Shown here: piece by piece, positions 1-12,402 of the stretch
Layout of the letters: each line of letters opens with the position of its first letter
How positions within the stretch are numbered: position 1 is the first letter of the stretch
DNA from: Perkinsus olseni
Taxonomy: Eukaryota
Reading direction: 5' to 3'
Length of the DNA stretch: 57,020 nucleotides
NCBI GenBank assembly: GCA_013115125.1
Contig: JABANN010000174.1
Span: 1-57,020 of the forward strand
Position numbers and translations under genes: made by a program
The notes under the pieces: model-generated
What the model was told of the DNA's origin: nothing
The model's input: only the letters and a program-made list of their open reading frames with translations
Databases searched by the model: none

Positions 1-147
1 CAAGATGATAGCCCAATCCTGTGGTGTCTTGTGTTCGAGTCGAGGTTTGGCACGCGAAGGCAATGAACTGTATTCCACGACGGTCGAACTCAACCTCAAG
101 ATACTCAATGATACTCAGAATACAAAACGGACGCATCATCATCAAAA

Positions 148-1257
148 TCATCTCTCCAAATAATTGAACCATGGTAACTTCACAACATCCGAATAAGCCG
201 CTTGGCTGTACGTCAAAAGAACAAAACCGAAAAGTTGGACCCACGACCAAGACGTCCACCTCTCGCCAAATTCCGAGTCGGGTAAAATGACATAATGTAT
301 GAGAAGATCCACCGTCCAGATGACCGCCGTTCGCGAGGCTTCAATCATCGTCCTGTGGACGGCCGTCAACTTGTATGTCACCATTACACCGGATATATTA
401 TAGCTAAGAATTGAGATAAAGTAAATCAGTAAATTGACAATCAACTGTGGGTTGTTGTGCAGCATCGTTATCGTATCAATAGTGTTCTCCAGACTGCCTC
501 GATCGTCTCCCGGGATTCTCTGTAAAACCGGGAAAGCGAGGAAAAGCATGAGAAGACATCCCCAGAGGCCTTCCATGCCGACCAGCTGTAATGGTGACAC
601 CGTCCACTCCTTCAACAGCCGCTCTTCACACACGACCTGAGCTGCTTGCACCACCTGCCCGACCACGATCATCAGCATACCAAACAGCATCAGCGCCGGA
701 TCGCCTCCGGACGGCGTCGAGGCGGCTGAGCTCATCAGATTGGCCAGTCCAACGATCAGAATAGCGATGAAACACAGGCCCACCGCCGCCCAGTGGTGAG
801 GACGGAGACGACGCCCAAGAAAACATACCGAGAGGATGGCACAGAAGATGATCTCTGCCCCGCGCAGCATCTGCCATACTGAAGCTGGATTATATAGCAA
901 CCCAACAAAACACATGACCGTGGCTGTCAAGTCCAAGGCTGCCGGGAAGCCGATCATAATCGATTTCTTGACGGAGTGCGGCCGACGTGAACTCCTGTCG
1001 GGTTGCAACAGAGGCGCCTCCTGCTCGACAAACTTTTCCCGACTGCGTCGCCGCTTTATGAAAGCACTGGCAAGATACGCCAAAATGCTGAGGGACATCC
1101 CCAGAAACATCGAGAAGGTGTTGAACCACGGTTTTTTGAACAGGTGCTCGTCACCGTCGATTCCAACAGATTTGGTTTGAAACTGTATCTTACCGATCAG
1201 CGTGTTCAAGGCCCCGAAGACCAGCATGGACCCGATGAAGATACTCACGGCCGGCAT
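148..1257 (-). CDS. SLC35F-like (DMT superfamily) nucleotide-sugar-type transporter
   Basis: Intronless 369-aa ORF with about 10 hydrophobic segments and motifs F.KPWFNTFSMFLG, ASVWQMLRG, QVVCEE.LLK, VGMEGLWG and RT.VIW typical of SLC35F6-like proteins. Confidence 0.85.
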   Translation of the reverse strand: MPAVSIFIGSMLVFGALNTLIGKIQFQTKSVGIDGDEHLFKKPWFNTFSMFLGMSLSILAYLASAFIKRRRSREKFVEQEAPLLQPDRSSRRPHSVKKSIMIGFPAALDLTATVMCFVGLLYNPASVWQMLRGAEIIFCAILSVCFLGRRLRPHHWAAVGLCFIAILIVGLANLMSSAASTPSGGDPALMLFGMLMIVVGQVVQAAQVVCEERLLKEWTVSPLQLVGMEGLWGCLLMLFLAFPVLQRIPGDDRGSLENTIDTITMLHNNPQLIVNLLIYFISILSYNISGVMVTYKLTAVHRTMIEASRTAVIWTVDLLIHYVILPDSEFGERWTSWSWVQLFGFVLLTYSQAAYSDVVKLPWFNYLER

Positions 1258-1382
1258 ACTGGTGAGAAGAACGCTGCAAATAAGGATGAGGTGGGAGGCC
1301 CATCGAACTCGACGCCGAGGTCGATCATTGAAACGGACGAAAAAAAAGATACGCCATGCGCGACAGTAGATGCCAACTTAAT

Positions 1383-3734
1383 CTATGCGGATGAAGTGGC
1401 CAAAAACTCGAGGAATGCCCCACGGTCGACAACAGCAGCGATCTGGTCATCATCACCGCCGACCACCGGCAGGCAGGGCTGCACATCCAGCTTGGTAGCA
1501 ACTTCCGCTAGGGAAGAGTCCATTCCCACCGTCAAGGGGCTCGGTTTATGCCTGTCCGAACGGGAAAAATGTCGCGCGCCACGAAATTACTGACACTTAC
1601 TTGCACTTGTCGAGAGTGAGCATTTTGGGCTCGTCAGCTGCTGACATTCGAGCGTACAAGTTGGCGATGGTGACCATCTCCCCTCCGCTGCTGAGCATGG
1701 CAACCTGACCGAATGGTCAAACGAGAATCTTCACAGTGCGGGAAGGTATCCTGCGGGTGCGCTAATAGCTGAAATCACACTGATCATCGTGATCCAGCTA
1801 TGAGAACTTCGAGATCTTCGAAGACTTCCGCAAGGATCATCGACCGACCGGCGTCCGCTCACCTCGGATGAGAAACTAGGGTCCTCTCGGGCAGCCGATC
1901 GGATTTTTTTAATACCATCGGCGGCCGACAGAGCCGGGCTGAGCATCAGAACCTTTGATAAAACTATTCCAGCTTCCTGCAAAGATACGCCACCCCAAGG
2001 ATTCTTCCGGTAGGTAGGGTAACTGAGGGGAGTAGCTGCTGAACCCAACTTGCCGACTGCAAGGGTCGACCTTGGATGCTCCTCCAGAGTGATAAAACCA
2101 TGAGCGAACATCCAGCCATCATCAAGGAACTGACGGCAGGAAGCCATCCTCAACAGCAGTAGCGAGGACAGCGCCCCCTACCTTTGACATGTAATTTCGG
2201 GAGGAATCCGGTAGCAACGCCACCACCCTCTTCCCCGCCATCTCCTCGGGCCTTTGCGACTTTATATACCGCACCTGAGGAGAAGCGGTCAAGTCGACTA
2301 CTCCCGTCTCCACGATCGTACCGCAGCAGCAACGCAGGTCCCGGAGCTTCCCCCGACGGTGAGGCCTTCGAGACGGATGAGCTTTCGAGCCATGCTCAGA
2401 GCCTCCGGGTCGCCAACCTTCATCCACTGGTCAATCACACTAGGATCTCGGTCGAGGACCTGAGAAGGTCGCAGGTTCGATCCCCGGCAACGACATCTCA
2501 GCACTACTGTTGGTATGAAATCATATCCGATTCCCTCAACTTGATACCCTTCCAACCTTCCAGGGTCATTAAGAGAGTCCGGAACCGCCAAAATCGATCC
2601 GATAGGATCCACGCCGACGACCAAACCTTGTCAAAAATCTCATCAAAAGCACAACACCCCCCCCTCTCCTTACACTTCTCCCCGAGCTCATCCTTCAGCT
2701 TCCTCGCTACTCCCGTAATAGTGCCACCAGTACCAGCCCCAAGGACCATCCTGACGCCTCCAAATTCGCTCGCCCACACTGAGAAGCAAACTTACACGTC
2801 AACTTTTCCTTCGCATTGGTCGACTATCTCCGCTCCCGTCCCTTCATAATGAGCCATCGGGTTGGCCGGGTTGAGGTACTGAGCAACACCATCATCAACG
2901 CCCCTCGTCCGGTGGTGCCAACCTACCTGGTCCAAAATGTGGCTTCTAGGGATCTCCTTCTGTAGCTTCATAGCCAATCCGATATGCGACTCCGGTGTGT
3001 TCCATGCGACCTCGTTCGGAGTACCTGGTCAAGATATGTACCCATGGCGAATCTTAGGTTGACCCTGGCGACTTACGCAAAATCTTGGCGCCGAGTGATT
3101 TCATCATGTTCACTTTCTCCCCGCTCATTTTCTCCGGCATGGTGATGACCATGTTGTACCCCTGAAGACCTCAACTCAAAGACGACGACGCTTCCTTCCC
3201 TCCTACTTTAATCGCAGCCGCCAGGCAGAGACCAGTACCAGTGTTACCGCTAGTGGGCTCAATCAGAGTGTCGCCCGGCCGGATCTGATTCGGGAAAAGG
3301 TTGGTATGCACGCATGCACATTTTAGCCTACCCTCCCTTCCTCCTCGGCAGCTTCGATCATCCTCAACGCTATCCTATCCTTAACGCTGCCACCCGGATT
3401 GAAGTACTCGGCCTTCGCCCAGAGCTCACCTACGGCCACCATCGACCAACAGCCAATCGGAAGCAGCCAACTTACAGGGCAAATCAAACTCCTTCATGAT
3501 CCTCTCCAGTTTGACCATGGGGGTTCTCCCGACCAACTCGAGGGCGCTGCTGACGACGCTGCCGCTTCCCGCAGACGAGGACTTCGACGTCCGACCGAAG
3601 ACGTGGTGCGGACAATTGTCGAGACCGTCGCCGACCTTCCAAGTGCACTTCTGAAGACCGTTATAATCTGGGAAGACCATCGGCTTCTGAGTGGTGCTGT
3701 TGGCGGAGGAGCTGCTGGTGTTCAGCGGCGACAT
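1383..3734 (-). CDS. CBS: Cystathionine beta-synthase (multi-exon), with N-terminal heme-type motif and degenerate C-terminal regulatory region
   Basis: Exons give [26 protein letters not shown] (PLP Lys), [46 protein letters not shown] and [12 protein letters not shown]. The last exon ends ...[10 protein letters not shown] at 1383. Confidence 0.92.
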
Positions 3735-3945
3735 TGATAGAAAAACTGCAAAATAGGTGAAGCCTGCTGCAGCAGCTTCAGTACTCCAAAATCGAACCAC
3801 TCAAAAACCGCTGCAAAAAAACTTCGCTCCGCCCAACCCCCCTGAATTAACTCAACTCGAGCCTCGATAATTCCATAAAAATACCATCGACGATACCAAC
3901 CCTCCTTCCAGTCTGCGAAGGCTCCTGGCCCACGCTGTACTACTG

Positions 3946-3982
3946 TGATGATGATGATGATGAAGATGATGATGATGATGAT
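3946..3982 (+). repeat. (GAT)n microsatellite
   Basis: gatgatgatgatgatgaagatgatgatgatgatgat just downstream of the M16 gene stop codon. Confidence 0.85.
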
Positions 3983-3995
3983 CAAAACTAATAGA

Positions 3996-6401
3996 CTAAT
4001 AACGCCACCACCAAGTCTGTCTTCTGAGGTCCCAGAGTTGCAGCAGACCGTGCAGGGGGCCGACGCCCGTCATCGTGATCTCAGCGTCGTGAAGGCGGTT
4101 CCACGCCACCCGCTGGACTTCCTCTGAAAACGGCAAAGCTGATGTCGTGTGATGATTATCATTGTCGACCTACGTGAGTCGATCTGGTCCAACCTCTCAA
4201 CGAACTCAGCTGGGGAGAGCCTTCTGCCGTAGGCCAGAATCTGTCGGCCGATGTCCTCAGCGACACCTAGGACGGTGATTATCCGAACGGATGGTATGAC
4301 AATAACCTAGTCTTGAAGGAATCTCGGATATGCTGATAAGTCTAGATACCACATTTTGAGTGATTTTATGACGGTACATATAATGACAGCAATAATTGTA
4401 TCACAAATATTAGTTAGAGTACACACTGTTACGCTTACATTAGTGTTTTACATTTAAAGCAGCACAGCAATCTGTAACCCGCACTGCGTAAGGTGAGGAC
4501 ATCGAGGATGGCAGCCGCTCACCAGTGGTGTTGTCCAGGCCCGAGAAGAAGTTGGTCTTGAGCTCTCTCTTGGCCTTCATGACCTCCTCCTCAGTCAGAG
4601 AGTAGGAGAAGCTGGTCACTCCAAACATGAGGTCACCTGTACCGCTGGGAATGATAACCATCGGGAAGATGATGATGGCCCACCGACGGCGTGCTCTACT
4701 GCGACCTCATCGGTGGCGATGTAGAAGCCGAACAGGCCGGTATCCTTATAGGAGATGTTGAATCCGGTATAATAATCTGATCATCACCAACAGCGGAGCG
4801 ATGCACGACAAAAATAAAATCCACTTTTCGGGGCTTACCGAAGCATCCAACGTCCATTCTCGTGGCGCCGGTTTGAGTGATGCGATTGGCCGATTGGAGG
4901 CCAGGAACCAAACCTGGCAGGGACAGTCTCGACGGAATCTTTCCGCTAACGTTGAGATAGCATCACCATAAGTCCAACACGGATATTTTTCCGAGTTTCG
5001 AGTCAAAAATTTTCGTAACTTCCGTAAGCCGTTGAGGATTCAAAAAGAAATTTTTAAGTCGGCAAAAACAGGACAGGTGAAAAATTCAAATTACATTCAT
5101 ACCAACTTTTCCCCTAAACCCACCACCCATCACCACCCTACCTTCATTCTTCTTATCATAGCTGCCAAAAATTGAGTTCATCAACATGAAGGTGATATGG
5201 TCGGGGCTCCTCCAAGGCACCCCCTCATAAGCGATGGCGATGTGTGCAGTCGGGCCCATATCGTCATTCCTAACATCACCGTCACGCGCCACGAAATTCC
5301 CCAGCTCTGGGAGCTCACCTATAGACCAACTCAGAGGCGCAAAAGTAGGGCTTCTCCTCCAGCATTCGCGGCCCCGCCGTCGGACGAATATTTGCAAACT
5401 TCTTTTCGGCCTGAGAGGGACAAAAATGCACAACATTCCACGCTTCGCTCCGCTAACCTCCTTCACTATCTCCCCGTGGTCGACCGGGCCAACAGCCACC
5501 AAGACCATCCGGTCCGCTGTGAAATTGTTGTAGAGGTAGTTGATCATGTGATCTCGTTTTATAGTGGCCACGTTCTCCTCCGGTCCAATCACGGTTTGAC
5601 TGAAGAAGGGCATACCACAACACGCCCGCATCATCACCAACCTACCCGAGGGAACAATCCCGATAGCACGCGGTGTGGACCTTATCGTAGAGCAGCTCTT
5701 CATAGGACTGGTTGACCGCTTGAAGATCCTGGGTGATGAGGATGCGCTCCTGAAAGGGACAGGATGAGTGTGACGTTAAGGAAGGCAACGGCAGACCTTC
5801 TCGATTTCATCAGCGTCTAGGGAGGGGTTGAGAATAGAATCAGCGAGGACATCGATGCAGGGAAAGATACCGTCCTTGGTGGTCTTGGCGTAAAACCTAG
5901 AGAGGTCGACCCGTGCACATGACGGAATAAAAGATACGGTGCTTACGCTGTCTGCTCTCGACCAGTGTATGAGTTAAGATTAGCCCCGATGTTCTCGACT
6001 TCGGTCTCCAACTGATTCCGAGTCCGGTTTTTGGTGCCCTTGTAAAGAACACGCTCCAAAAAATGCGCGGTACCTAAAGCGTATCTTTCGACCTCGTCAC
6101 TTGCAAGCTTCAACCTACCATTAGATTCCTTTGTCTCGTATCTTGCTCCCGCGTCTATCCACAGACCAACCGTTGCCGAGTCGGTATACGAAAACTGAGT
6201 CGCAACTCGCATGCCATTGGCCAAGCGCGTCACCTGAGACATAATTTGCAAAACGCCAGCTCCAACCTAAGATACCTGTGTCGGTGCCACGTTGTGCATC
6301 TCATTAGTGATAGTAGAGCCCCAGTAGTAGGTACGCCTCGACTGGGCCAAAGGCCGACTCCACAACCCGGATGGACGAAGACGAACGCAACCAGCCAACA
6401 T
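3996..6401 (-). CDS. Mitochondrial processing peptidase beta / bc1 core-1-like M16 protein (multi-exon)
   Basis: Presequence-like MLAGCVRLRPSGLWSRPLAQSRRTY, then VTRLANGMRVAT, TVGLWIDAGARYET, GTAHFLER, LNSYTGREQT, YKDTGLFGFY, AEDIGRQILAYGRR and C-terminal WDLRRQTWWWRY*. Confidence 0.92.
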
Positions 6402-6549
6402 AAAGCACTTCCTCTGCACACCAAATCCTATCTTGAGCACAGGTCAACCCAAAAAGCGCTCGCCATTCTAATCGATTTCACGACCGCGACCAATCTCACA
6501 ACACAAGATCGCGGGATACTGCAGAAACCGTGCGGAAACATTGGTATCA

Positions 6550-8675
6550 TCACGTGGCCGTCTTCCCCTGCCGTATGAATTCTCTGATAGTTGGCTCGAG
6601 CCACTCCTGGAGGGTTAGGTTGGGTAAGCGGCGCTCCAGGGTCCGAAGCATAGCCAGGCAGTGGAGGGCATCGGGCGCGGTGAAATATTGCATCCATCGG
6701 ACCAGCTCTCTCGAGCAAGCTAGACTTATACGACGGCATCGATCGTCCCTTTTGAGGGTGGGGAGGAGGTCCTCCTGTTGGTAGAGGTGGACCAGGCACT
6801 CGATCAGAGTCATGAGGGTTGGCGGATCGCAGTAGCGGCAACTGTAGAGCGTGTGGGAGAGGATACGATCGAGCCAGGCTTCGACAGCATCGCTCGGAGG
6901 GAGTCGAACGCCGTACCTGACACGAAGACGATGAGCGCAATGGGTATTCCTTCACCCTACTTGAGGGTCGTCACCAGATGAACCACCGGCCAGTCCACCA
7001 TGGCCTTGTCGGTGCAGTAGGCAGTGACGAGCTCGATCAGGCTGTCGTTGCTGAGCTGGAAGTGGGCCATGACGAAGGCAAGATCGGGTACACTGTGGCT
7101 GTCCCAGGCCAGAGCCTCATGCTCGGCTACGGTCTCGGCGAGGTTGCCCAGCGCTTTCGTGACGACCTCTCTAACACGCTCGGAATCTTCCAACTGACCG
7201 CTGATGGTGGCCAGAGTGAGGCCCTTGAGCATTCGCATGATGGCTGCTGGTGGCACCAGGGAGGTTGACTCTAACATCTCATGGGGTTCCAAGATACTCG
7301 CTGTTTTTCCGAAGAGGTCCGGCCATCGTTCGAAGGAGTATCCACACGAAGACAGCTCTCCCAAGCCGTTGAGCAGATGTGAAAGCGCTAAATATGGTAC
7401 CTGAAATTACGGTTTACCCAAACAGTCAACCAAAATAGCCGGGTGGTAGAGCAACCAGCTGTTAATCTGAAGGATGTCGGTTCGAACCCCGCAGCATACA
7501 TAATCGAATCCATCTATGCACTGATTGGCAATTAAATCAAAGAGTTCCTTATTAACCAGACCAGCCTTCGCCGCTGCTGTAATAACGTAAACGCTCGAGT
7601 TATAAAAATTGCAATTCGCCATCGCGAGGTCGTTGCCGATACACGACTGATACGACTCCAAAACCGTCCTCATCAACTCGTGGAACAGAGGCTGGTATCT
7701 GATCCACTATTCATCCTAACCACATGGAAGCAGCTCCCCACTCCGTGTTTTCCAGCTTAGCCAGAGCATTCAGGAGCTGCACCCGTTCGGTGACCAGCAT
7801 GTGGGCCGTCCTCCCCCGCATGCGTCTGATGATTCTTCCAATCAGCTCGTCTCGTATTTTAATCAACTCCACTTGATCCACATCACAGTTCAACACTTTA
7901 TTCCGGTTCACACAAATTGACAGAGCGTACCTCGAGGGGGACACCTCGACACATTAAATCTGCACGCATGCACACGCACATTATGGAACCCAGGTCCTCC
8001 ACCCTGTCAAGGTTCCTTCTAATGAAGAGTAGGAGATCCTTCGCCAGCGCCCCGTCCATCGGCCTATGCCCAGCATGCAGCCTCGCCAAAGTTCGGAAGC
8101 CCTCCACCACAAGATTAACGTCATCATACGACCGCCAATGGCGTTTGAACTGAGTAAAGACGCAGAAGGACTCATCAAAGTTACTTTCCTACACAGACCA
8201 CCAGAGGAGCTCGGGCGAGGAAGGCTGTGAATCACCAGCTCCACGACAACGGTAGAGCGATAGATCGACCGGAAATCAATCCAGCCGTGAAGCATTGTCT
8301 TCGAGAAAGTCAATGACAAAGATCATACGTAATCAGCAGTAATTATTGAAACAAAATGCAATCCAAAAATTAATATAATCGAGCCAGCCTTAGGATAGCC
8401 CCCCAGCCACCGCGTTAAGGCTCGCCCACTACCCTGGCTGTCATCTCCTCCACTTTGCCGAAGTCAGCCCTTTCCCCGTGGAACAGGTTCGGTATCATCT
8501 TCCGCATATCCTGCAAGAGCCGCGCATCCTCCCCTCGAGCAGGGGACAAGACAGATCGCATCCGCCGGGAGTTGGGCCCGGTGGAGTTGTCCCGGAGGGC
8601 CCGAGCCGCCACGCTGTAATTTCGTGGCGCAGTGAAAAGTCCCGCCGCCACTGATGCCTCCGCCCGAGCTAACAT
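6550..8675 (-). CDS. Hypothetical helical-repeat protein, possibly organelle-targeted (multi-exon)
   Basis: Chain of minus-strand ORF pieces separated by short GT-AG introns. Arg/Ala-rich N-terminus (MLARAEASVAAGLFTAPRNYS) and amphipathic helices such as VQLLNALAKL and LAFVMAHF. Confidence 0.6.
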
Positions 8676-8811
8676 GAAAAATACCCTGCACGAAGCACGA
8701 CGTATCTTTGCTCGACCCTGGCTAATTATGAACTCAAAAGATTCCTCTCACCAGTCCCTCCGTGAAGTGACATTAAAAATTGGCAATATTAGCATATACG
8801 TTACGGCGACC

Positions 8812-9615
8812 TCAACTCACATCATCACCTTCATCCTCATCCTCCCGGACAAATGGCAGGGCCTCATTAACGAAGACATCAAAGATTTTCTGCCACCCAC
8901 CTGAGGGCCCCCTAGGTCCCCGGCTTCCTCCGAAAATCATCCTCAACGCGAAGTCTGGACACATTGCGAAGGCCCATCCAGGCACGCCGTGTTGGACCGA
9001 AAGGAGGTAAATCAGAGCGCTCGAGAACAGCAAGACCGCCTTCGGTGCTCGATCGTACAACCGTCGAACCCTAGGCGATGTCCTCAGCAGCAAGCTGCAC
9101 AACAGCAGTACCGTAACAATCACAATCAACCTCCGACGGCACCATGGAGCCCAAGATTCGGACACGTATCTTCTAAGATACCTCTCCACTATGCTCGCCA
9201 CAATCGGAAAGATCTTTGGTTTGCCAAATCGATCAACTTCGACCAGCGACGAGTTCGTCGGCCGACCGCCATGCAAGCGATACCGCTGGTAGCTCAGGTT
9301 CGCAAAATCCTCATCAAACCGCATGAGAATATCGATCATCCGGGCGCGCGCTTCTTGCTTTGACAGCCCCCTGCAATTATCCCAGGCTAACCAGGCCAGT
9401 GCCTGCGCTGGTTTGGTGACAGGTGGATGGTGAAGGGGGGCATCGCCGTGGAGGGTTTGTCGGCATAGGGCCGACACTTCCAGTCGAAGACGCGGACTCA
9501 GTGATCTGAGATGATCACCCAAAAAATATCCGGAAAATGCAACGACGCCCTCATCATTCGAGTCGGGTTGCCCAGGACTCGAACTACCCTCTGTACATGA
9601 TAAACTAAAAAGCAT
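8812..9615 (-). CDS. Acyl-CoA-binding (ACBP-like) domain membrane protein
   Basis: LEVSALCRQTLHGD...LAWLAWDNCRGLSKQEARARMIDIL resembles the ACBP core (LYALYKQAT.GD...KWDAW...GMSKEEA). Two hydrophobic segments follow. Start taken as ATG 9615. Confidence 0.7.
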   Translation of the reverse strand: MLFSLSCTEGSSSPGQPDSNDEGVVAFSGYFLGDHLRSLSPRLRLEVSALCRQTLHGDAPLHHPPVTKPAQALAWLAWDNCRGLSKQEARARMIDILMRFDEDFANLSYQRYRLHGGRPTNSSLVEVDRFGKPKIFPIVASIVERYLRRYVSESWAPWCRRRLIVIVTVLLLCSLLLRTSPRVRRLYDRAPKAVLLFSSALIYLLSVQHGVPGWAFAMCPDFALRMIFGGSRGPRGPSGGWQKIFDVFVNEALPFVREDEDEGDDVS

Positions 9616-10290
9616 TTTCCCGAAAAAGTTTTTTCCGAATTCAGAAGGCGCCCGAATGGCTCTGAAGAGGGCAGCGTGTGGTACGCTAATCACCAAAATT
9701 TTTCCGTCGCGGGAAAAAATTGAGATCCGAAAACGGGAATTCGCACGAGCTTGGCCGTCAAGCTAGGGGACACGTTCCTAAGGTCGCTGAGCTCGATCCC
9801 GCAGAATAGCGAGAATCCTATGTCGAAGCACGTCACTGACGAAAACGGTCCCAATTTTCCTTCAGCCGAGAGCGTGATATCGAATCATCCCGTACGGGCC
9901 CATCCAGTGAAGAAGCAACTTGTGAAATTCCAACTGCCAGCCGAATAAGACAACCTGTGCGCATTTCCCGCTGGATATTCCGGATAAGTGACCCGCGCTG
10001 GTTACCCGATAGACACACCACAGTGGTAAAACTTTCTTAAGAGTTCATAATCGCTCCGGAGATCGGCATACAACTTCGCGGCGCGCGAGAATTATATGCT
10101 ACTAGCACAGCTTCAATAGCACATCCGACGATATCTGACTCCACGAAGTAAAGACACAACCTAACCGTTCATGCCCTAAGCAGCCAATTGGCAGGGACTG
10201 CGCCCGCAAAAGATACCTTATGAAAGATACGATTTCCAGTTGGGCGAATTTACCCAGCCCCACCGTCGATGAGCTCCCACCCTCCCTCTA

Positions 10291-10999
10291 CTACCGTGGA
10301 TGGCGTTTGATGCACGCCAGGGCAAGATGGACACTATCCTCGTCTCTGCTGGTCGCCTGCTGCTGTCCACTACTACTGTTGGGTAGGGCCATCCGACGAG
10401 GGGTGTCCTTGGGCAGGAAGGAGCGGATCCAGGAGGGTAGGAGGGATGCCAGGCCGCGAGTGGTGAGGAGGTGCCGTATCCGAGGAGAACAACCCGCCAG
10501 GAAACGAGCCCTCTCCAGCTCGTTGAGGTCGAAAAACTTCAGCGCTGACAAGCAGCAAGAGTCGAACGAATTTTCTGATGAAAAAACCGAAAATTCTCCC
10601 CTTCCTTGACTCACATAGCAAGCCAGCCATCATGAAGCCCATGGTGCTTCGCTTCAGCACGACCTCCAGGATCTCCAACAACGTCTTCTCGGTAAGGATC
10701 TCCCGCACAGTGTTCGACATGACGATCGACCCGCTACCACCACTTTCTGACACCTCTAGCCACACTCCCACCACCAGCACGATGGCCCCGACGGTTGAGA
10801 TGAGTAGACATAACCAGACTAGGGAGGGGACGACTGTTATGATGGCCAGGAGGACGCCGAGCAGGCCCAGGCCGACCCCGGCGAGTTGCAGGCGTCGGGG
10901 GGTAAGGGTGAATTCTGGTATGATTTCGAAAGGTGTGGTATGGCGTAGTGGCGGGGTGGCAGGCCGGGTGGCGGTGATGGCCGTGCAGGAGGTGGGCAT
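10291..10999 (-). CDS. Hypothetical membrane protein (3' end uncertain)
   Basis: ATG at 10999, two strong TM segments, intron at ~10567-10612 joining to ORF 10291-10614. Confidence 0.55.
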
Positions 11000-11205
11000 G
11001 AGGGAAGCCTACAAAAACAACGTATCCAGAGGAAAGGTGAAAATGGTCTGAATTTGGCGGAGCGAAGTTGTTTATAGAGGCGGAGCGAAGCGATTCATGA
11101 ATGAAATTTTGTCATTTTTTGGCTTGGACTTCTCGGATATCTATTTCGAAGCGTGTAAGATACAGAATATGTCAAGTTGATGCCTTTGAAGTTACATTAT
11201 TATGC

Positions 11206-11797
11206 ATGATCATGAGCAGAGTAATTCTCATATCTCTGCTGTCATCCTTGTTACTCTGCTTTTTCCAAGGCTGTGCCACCACCCGCTCCAACTTCACCCC
11301 GATAACGCCATCAAGGGGCAGCAATAGTCCGACCCCAACGGACAGTAACGCATCTTTCAACTTGCAACCGCCTTGCTTCAACCTTGGATTCCCTCAGATC
11401 CCCCCTACACTTGCGATGCCGCCACTCCTGCTGTTGCGGGAACTTATCGAGGCTCCTTCGAGGGCAGCAGCACTCAAGGCGTGTCACTACAATTCGCCCA
11501 GCCCAAGAAGATAGGCGTGATGGCTGGTAAGCCCCTTGACTTCACACCCCCTTCCTGCTACCCTCCCCTTCAGGTTCCTTCAACAGCTCCCCCTTCAGCT
11601 TCAGCAACATCTACTACGAGTTTGTATCAGGGCAATCTTGGTTCAGCCTTCGACCTTTCCATGACTCCAAAAAGCTGCTCTCCCTCTTCAACCTGCAGAG
11701 CATGGACCAGGTCCGGGTATACATCAACCACCAGTGTCAACCGATTCGGATCGACTTCGGCAGCACCGCCAGCGCTCCTCTCGCCAAGGAGGTGTAA
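11206..11797 (+). CDS. Small secreted protein, copy 1 of tandem pair (3 exons)
   Basis: Signal-like MSRVILISLLSSLLLCFFQGC. Introns ~11345-11397 and ~11527-11572 give PYTCDAATPAVAGTYRGSF...GSFNSSPFSFSNIYYEF...APLAKEV*. Confidence 0.75.
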
Positions 11798-12402
11798 CCG
11801 CCACCATCCCCATCATCACGATCAGCCTCTGTACGATTCCTGCTGTGACTACAGTCGCTCTGTGAAGCATTCGTCATACTTTATGATGTCGTCACATGGT
11901 TTATCATCTTCCCTTCAAGGGTCATAATAGTTTCCGCCACAGACCACCCTGGTGCAGAGTTATCCTCGACTAGCGCAGATTCATGACCATTCATGAAGCC
12001 AACCAAGCACGAATCGGTATAGGTCGGTGTAGGTCGTGACGGTTACTAACCGGACCCGATCCAACTGCATTCGTGGGCGGGTCGATGGAGCACTATAGAA
12101 CTGAGTGCTGGTAGCAGTGAACACTGCTGGCTTAGCATGACTTCAAGCTCTGCTTCCGCCGCAACAGGTCCTCCAGCCCCAAGAGTCAGCCTCTCAGGAA
12201 TTAATAAGGGGAGTTCGCAATATGCTTGGAAAAGCACTTTTTTCTTAGGCAAGTGTAACTTGTTCGGGAACGTGCATAGCGTCTTAGGAACATTCCCAGG
12301 CACTCAGGAAGGGTTTATTGAACGACCCGTGTATCTCGAAGCGTGCAAGATACAGAATATGTCAAGTTGGTGCCTTTAAAGTTACATTATTATTGTTCCT
12401 GC

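Noticed and set aside
2184-2849. 221-aa plus-strand ORF and similar antisense ORFs elsewhere
   Set aside because: Shadow frames opposite recognised genes such as CBS, V-ATPase C and the M16 protein.
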